From contig CAXXIN010000012.1 of the NCBI GenBank assembly GCA_963665275.2, forward strand, positions 1 to 64,000: DNA of 64,000 nucleotides, in the 5' to 3' direction. This document shows, one piece after another, positions 61,496-64,000 of the stretch. The notes beneath the pieces were generated by a model, which saw only the letters and a program-made list of their open reading frames with translations, ran no database searches and was not told where the DNA came from. The DNA is from Negativicutes bacterium. Lineage in GTDB: Bacteria > Bacillota > Negativicutes > UBA1444. The first letter of the stretch is position 1. Every line of letters begins with the position of its first letter. Both the position numbers and the translations under genes were made by a program.

Positions 61496-62062
61496 TCAAG
61501 CGGCCATTGTCAACGCATATAGAAAAGCCGCCACCCCTACCAACCCGGCGCCGGCGCCGCCATACCAATAATAATGGTTTTTGCTGATAGCAGCCAACGA
61601 TGAGAGCAAGATGCCGATTTGCAGCAGGATCAGGGCCTCGCCGAAACGAACGCCGTGCGCCTGGTAGCGGTCCCTCGCCGCTTCGAGCTTCTTGGCTTCA
61701 TCCATGATTTCATTTTTTTCTTTCTTATAACGGGCACCTTCCTTGTCATAAGCGGTAATTTTATCCTGGTAGGTGCTCTCGAGCGTCGGGGAACCCTGCC
61801 GCGCCAAATCCATTGCGTCGCGTTGAGTCTGATAGGCAGTTTCCTTGATGCTTTTCGCCTGATAGAAAGCCCATTGATCCGATGCCTGACTTTGCGTCAG
61901 CACCATCTTATTACTAAAGCTACCAGCCTTAAAGGAGGCCAGTGTGGCGCATACGGCAAAAACGAGAGTCGTAACGGCGATTAAAGTTGGGATTCTATCT
62001 TTCCACGTTTTTTTCGGCTCTGCGGATTCTTTTTCACCTGCAGACTGTTTTTCCAGAGACAT
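61496..62062 (-). CDS. DUF4337-family membrane protein
   Basis: ASDQWAFYQAKSIK motif, LQIGILLSS. Confidence 0.8.
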   Translation of the reverse strand: MSLEKQSAGEKESAEPKKTWKDRIPTLIAVTTLVFAVCATLASFKAGSFSNKMVLTQSQASDQWAFYQAKSIKETAYQTQRDAMDLARQGSPTLESTYQDKITAYDKEGARYKKEKNEIMDEAKKLEAARDRYQAHGVRFGEALILLQIGILLSSLAAISKNHYYWYGGAGAGLVGVAAFLYALTMAA

Positions 62063-62141
62063 TCGGTAGAATCATCCTTTCCTTTATTAGGTTTAACAGT
62101 GTTTGGCAATTTTATTTTACCACAACCATGCTTAAGGAGGC

Positions 62142-62183
62142 AAAAAAACAGGGTTGCCATCGCGGACAGCCCTGTTGCTTTTT
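62142..62183 (-). terminator. Intrinsic terminator
   Basis: AACAGGGTTG...CAGCCCTGTT stem with T7 on the minus strand. Confidence 0.7.
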
Positions 62184-63043
62184 TATTCCCTGTTCTTGTA
62201 TGGTTTTCTCAGTTCAGCCAGTTCGTGTCGGTGCATCATGAAGTCGGCTTTGATCTGCTCGAGCCTCGCGCCGTGCTCCTGCATCCCGGATGGAGAAAAC
62301 CGGGGATGTTCGGGGGGCTGCCAGCGGCACTGAAGCATCGAGTCCGCCCCTTCCCCTGATGCCGTTATCTTGCCGATGGCTCCACAGAGTGTGCACCGAC
62401 TCCCGCCATCCACGGCAACTCTCAGCATGCCGCTGCCGCAGAACCCGCAGACGAGGTCCGACTCATCCACTGACTGTCGCAGCATCGCGGCATTGTTCTC
62501 AGGAAGCCTTTCGCCCAACAAAAGGCCGGCCAGTTCTCTCGCGCGCTTCAGGACTTCAGGCTGGACTACTTCGCCCGGGTTGGCGGCATGCACAGGCATC
62601 ACTCCAACCACTTCCAGATGAAGGAACCGCGCGAAACTCACAGTAGCCTCCACACCATATCCTTGCCAACCCTCGACTCCGTAAGGAACGGCAACCACGC
62701 AACGTCGCCCCGCATATTTTTCCGCTTCATTCAACACGCTGATGAAACGGTCGCATAAAAGCTTCAACCGGGTATGCATCCCGAGAAAATAAACCGGAGC
62801 CGCTATAATCACTGCATCGGATTCTCTGACCTGCTGCAAAAAAGCATCGTAGTCATCCTGAATCACGCAGTCACAACCGGACGGCAGACAGGCATAGCAG
62901 GCCTTGCACGGCTCTATATTGAAATCAGCCAGCCGTATCATTTTTTTCTCTACCGATTCCGGCAGAGCCGCCAGCATTTCCCTGGCCAGTATCTCCGAGT
63001 TACCCGTTTTTCGAGCTGATGCCACAATCGCCAGCACTTTCAT
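62183..63043 (-). CDS. Flavodoxin-fold / iron-sulfur flavoprotein with C-terminal CxxC...CxxC
   Basis: SARKTGNSE, CKACYAC...C, APVYF, CGFC...CTLC; ATG 63043. Confidence 0.82.
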   Translation of the reverse strand: MKVLAIVASARKTGNSEILAREMLAALPESVEKKMIRLADFNIEPCKACYACLPSGCDCVIQDDYDAFLQQVRESDAVIIAAPVYFLGMHTRLKLLCDRFISVLNEAEKYAGRRCVVAVPYGVEGWQGYGVEATVSFARFLHLEVVGVMPVHAANPGEVVQPEVLKRARELAGLLLGERLPENNAAMLRQSVDESDLVCGFCGSGMLRVAVDGGSRCTLCGAIGKITASGEGADSMLQCRWQPPEHPRFSPSGMQEHGARLEQIKADFMMHRHELAELRKPYKNRE

Positions 63044-63110
63044 CCTTGGAATCCCCCCTGATTCGATCCTATCTTTCCTGATTTCATACACTTACTGCAC
63101 ACACCCCATG

Positions 63111-63875
63111 CTATTGCGCGGTCCAGCCGCCATCGACAGTCAGCGTTTGGCCGGTCATATAGTCAGACGCATCCGAGGCCAGGAACCAAACGGCCCCCAC
63201 CATGTCGGAAACCTGACCCAGGCGGCCATTGGGAATCTTGCGCAGCGTCGCGTTGAAAATTTTCTCATCTTTCATGGCTTCTTCATTGATCGAGGTCAGC
63301 ACAAAACCCGGACACAGGGCATTGACCTGAATGTTGTGCCGCGCCCATTCCAGCGCCAGCGCACGAGTCACTCCGATCACCCCAGACTTCGCCGCGCAGT
63401 AAGTCAACGTGAGTTTTTGCCCCACTTGCCCCATGATGGAAGCAGTATTAATGATTTTTCCGCGCTGCTGACGGATCATCCGCAAGCCTGCGCGTTGCGA
63501 GCAAAAGAATACGCTCTTTAGATCAAGGTCCAGCACTTGGTCCCATTCAGCCTCTGTAATGTTTTCCGCTTTATGGGTCAGGGCGCTGCCGGCATTGTTC
63601 ACCAGAATGTCGATGCGCCCGAAAGCGTCCTCTGTCAGTTGCATCAGACGTTCCACCTCAGCCACTTTGGTCACATCGGTCGGCGCCGCCAAGGTTTTCA
63701 CCCCCATCGCTGCCAATTCCGCCGCCGCCAGATTGCACGCCGCCTTATTTCGGCCAACCACAACAACCGAGGCGCCTGCCAGTCCCAGACATTCGGCGAT
63801 CCCTCTGCCGATGCCTCGCGTCGAACCGGTTACGATAGCCACCCTCCCTGTCAGATCAAACAAATTTGCTTTCAT
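63111..63875 (-). CDS. Short-chain dehydrogenase/reductase
   Basis: TGSTRGIG, NNAG, YCAAK, VDGG; ATG 63875. Confidence 0.92.
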   Translation of the reverse strand: MKANLFDLTGRVAIVTGSTRGIGRGIAECLGLAGASVVVVGRNKAACNLAAAELAAMGVKTLAAPTDVTKVAEVERLMQLTEDAFGRIDILVNNAGSALTHKAENITEAEWDQVLDLDLKSVFFCSQRAGLRMIRQQRGKIINTASIMGQVGQKLTLTYCAAKSGVIGVTRALALEWARHNIQVNALCPGFVLTSINEEAMKDEKIFNATLRKIPNGRLGQVSDMVGAVWFLASDASDYMTGQTLTVDGGWTAQ

Positions 63876-63915
63876 TTCATTCTTCCTTTCTGCACCCGCC
63901 GTGGCGGATCGCTTA

Positions 63916-64000
63916 TCAACTTCTGCCCGGTTTTGCCCAGGCATCGACCGGATAGCCGCGCACTTCCCAGTACCCTTTGTGCGGCGCGTCGGCAAGCTCC
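63916..64000 (-). CDS. C-terminal end of a probable molybdopterin-dependent oxidoreductase (sulfite oxidase/MsrP-like)
   Basis: Manual translation ...ELADAPHKGYWEVRGYPVDAWAKPGRS*; GYWExRGY is typical of this family. Confidence 0.55.
   Translation of the reverse strand, partial: ELADAPHKGYWEVRGYPVDAWAKPGRS

Noticed and set aside
1-64000. CRISPR arrays, tRNA/rRNA genes, transposases, phage or defence genes
   Set aside because: No regularly spaced repeats or recognisable motifs seen; nearly all sequence is explained by housekeeping and metabolic CDSs.

Overview
A gene-dense chromosomal window from an anaerobic bacterium. The gene set and promoter styles suggest a Firmicute, probably Negativicutes/Sporomusaceae-like; this is an inference. 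I see no rRNA, tRNA, CRISPR, IS or prophage. In order it holds: partial argS, a two-domain PPK2, a PfkB kinase, a metallophosphoesterase-DUF2156-Eis-like GNAT-ABC-F-thiN-speD run, ppdK, a cluster of six exported proteins, most of them peptidoglycan-remodelling (including a VanX-type M15 peptidase fused to a YkuD domain), ybaK, a PflX-like radical SAM gene, two tandem GH26 genes and scattered histidine-utilisation genes (ftcD, cyclodeaminase, hutI behind a Liv-type ABC importer, hutH). Further on come nhaA and K+ channels, PII-amtB-PII with an ANTAR-like double attenuator, a 2-oxoacid:ferredoxin oxidoreductase, TctCBA, a NitT/TauT ABC system, two MCPs, a GtrA/GT2/GT39 cassette and a TM1266-aspA-hydF operon. 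Many genes between about 13.3 and 43.5 kb are broken by small indels, mostly in homopolymers, which most likely are long-read errors. The best novelty candidate is a ~140-nt structured leader (53421-53559) with mutually exclusive terminator and antiterminator pairings ahead of the [FeFe]-hydrogenase maturation operon; I cannot assign it to a known riboswitch class.
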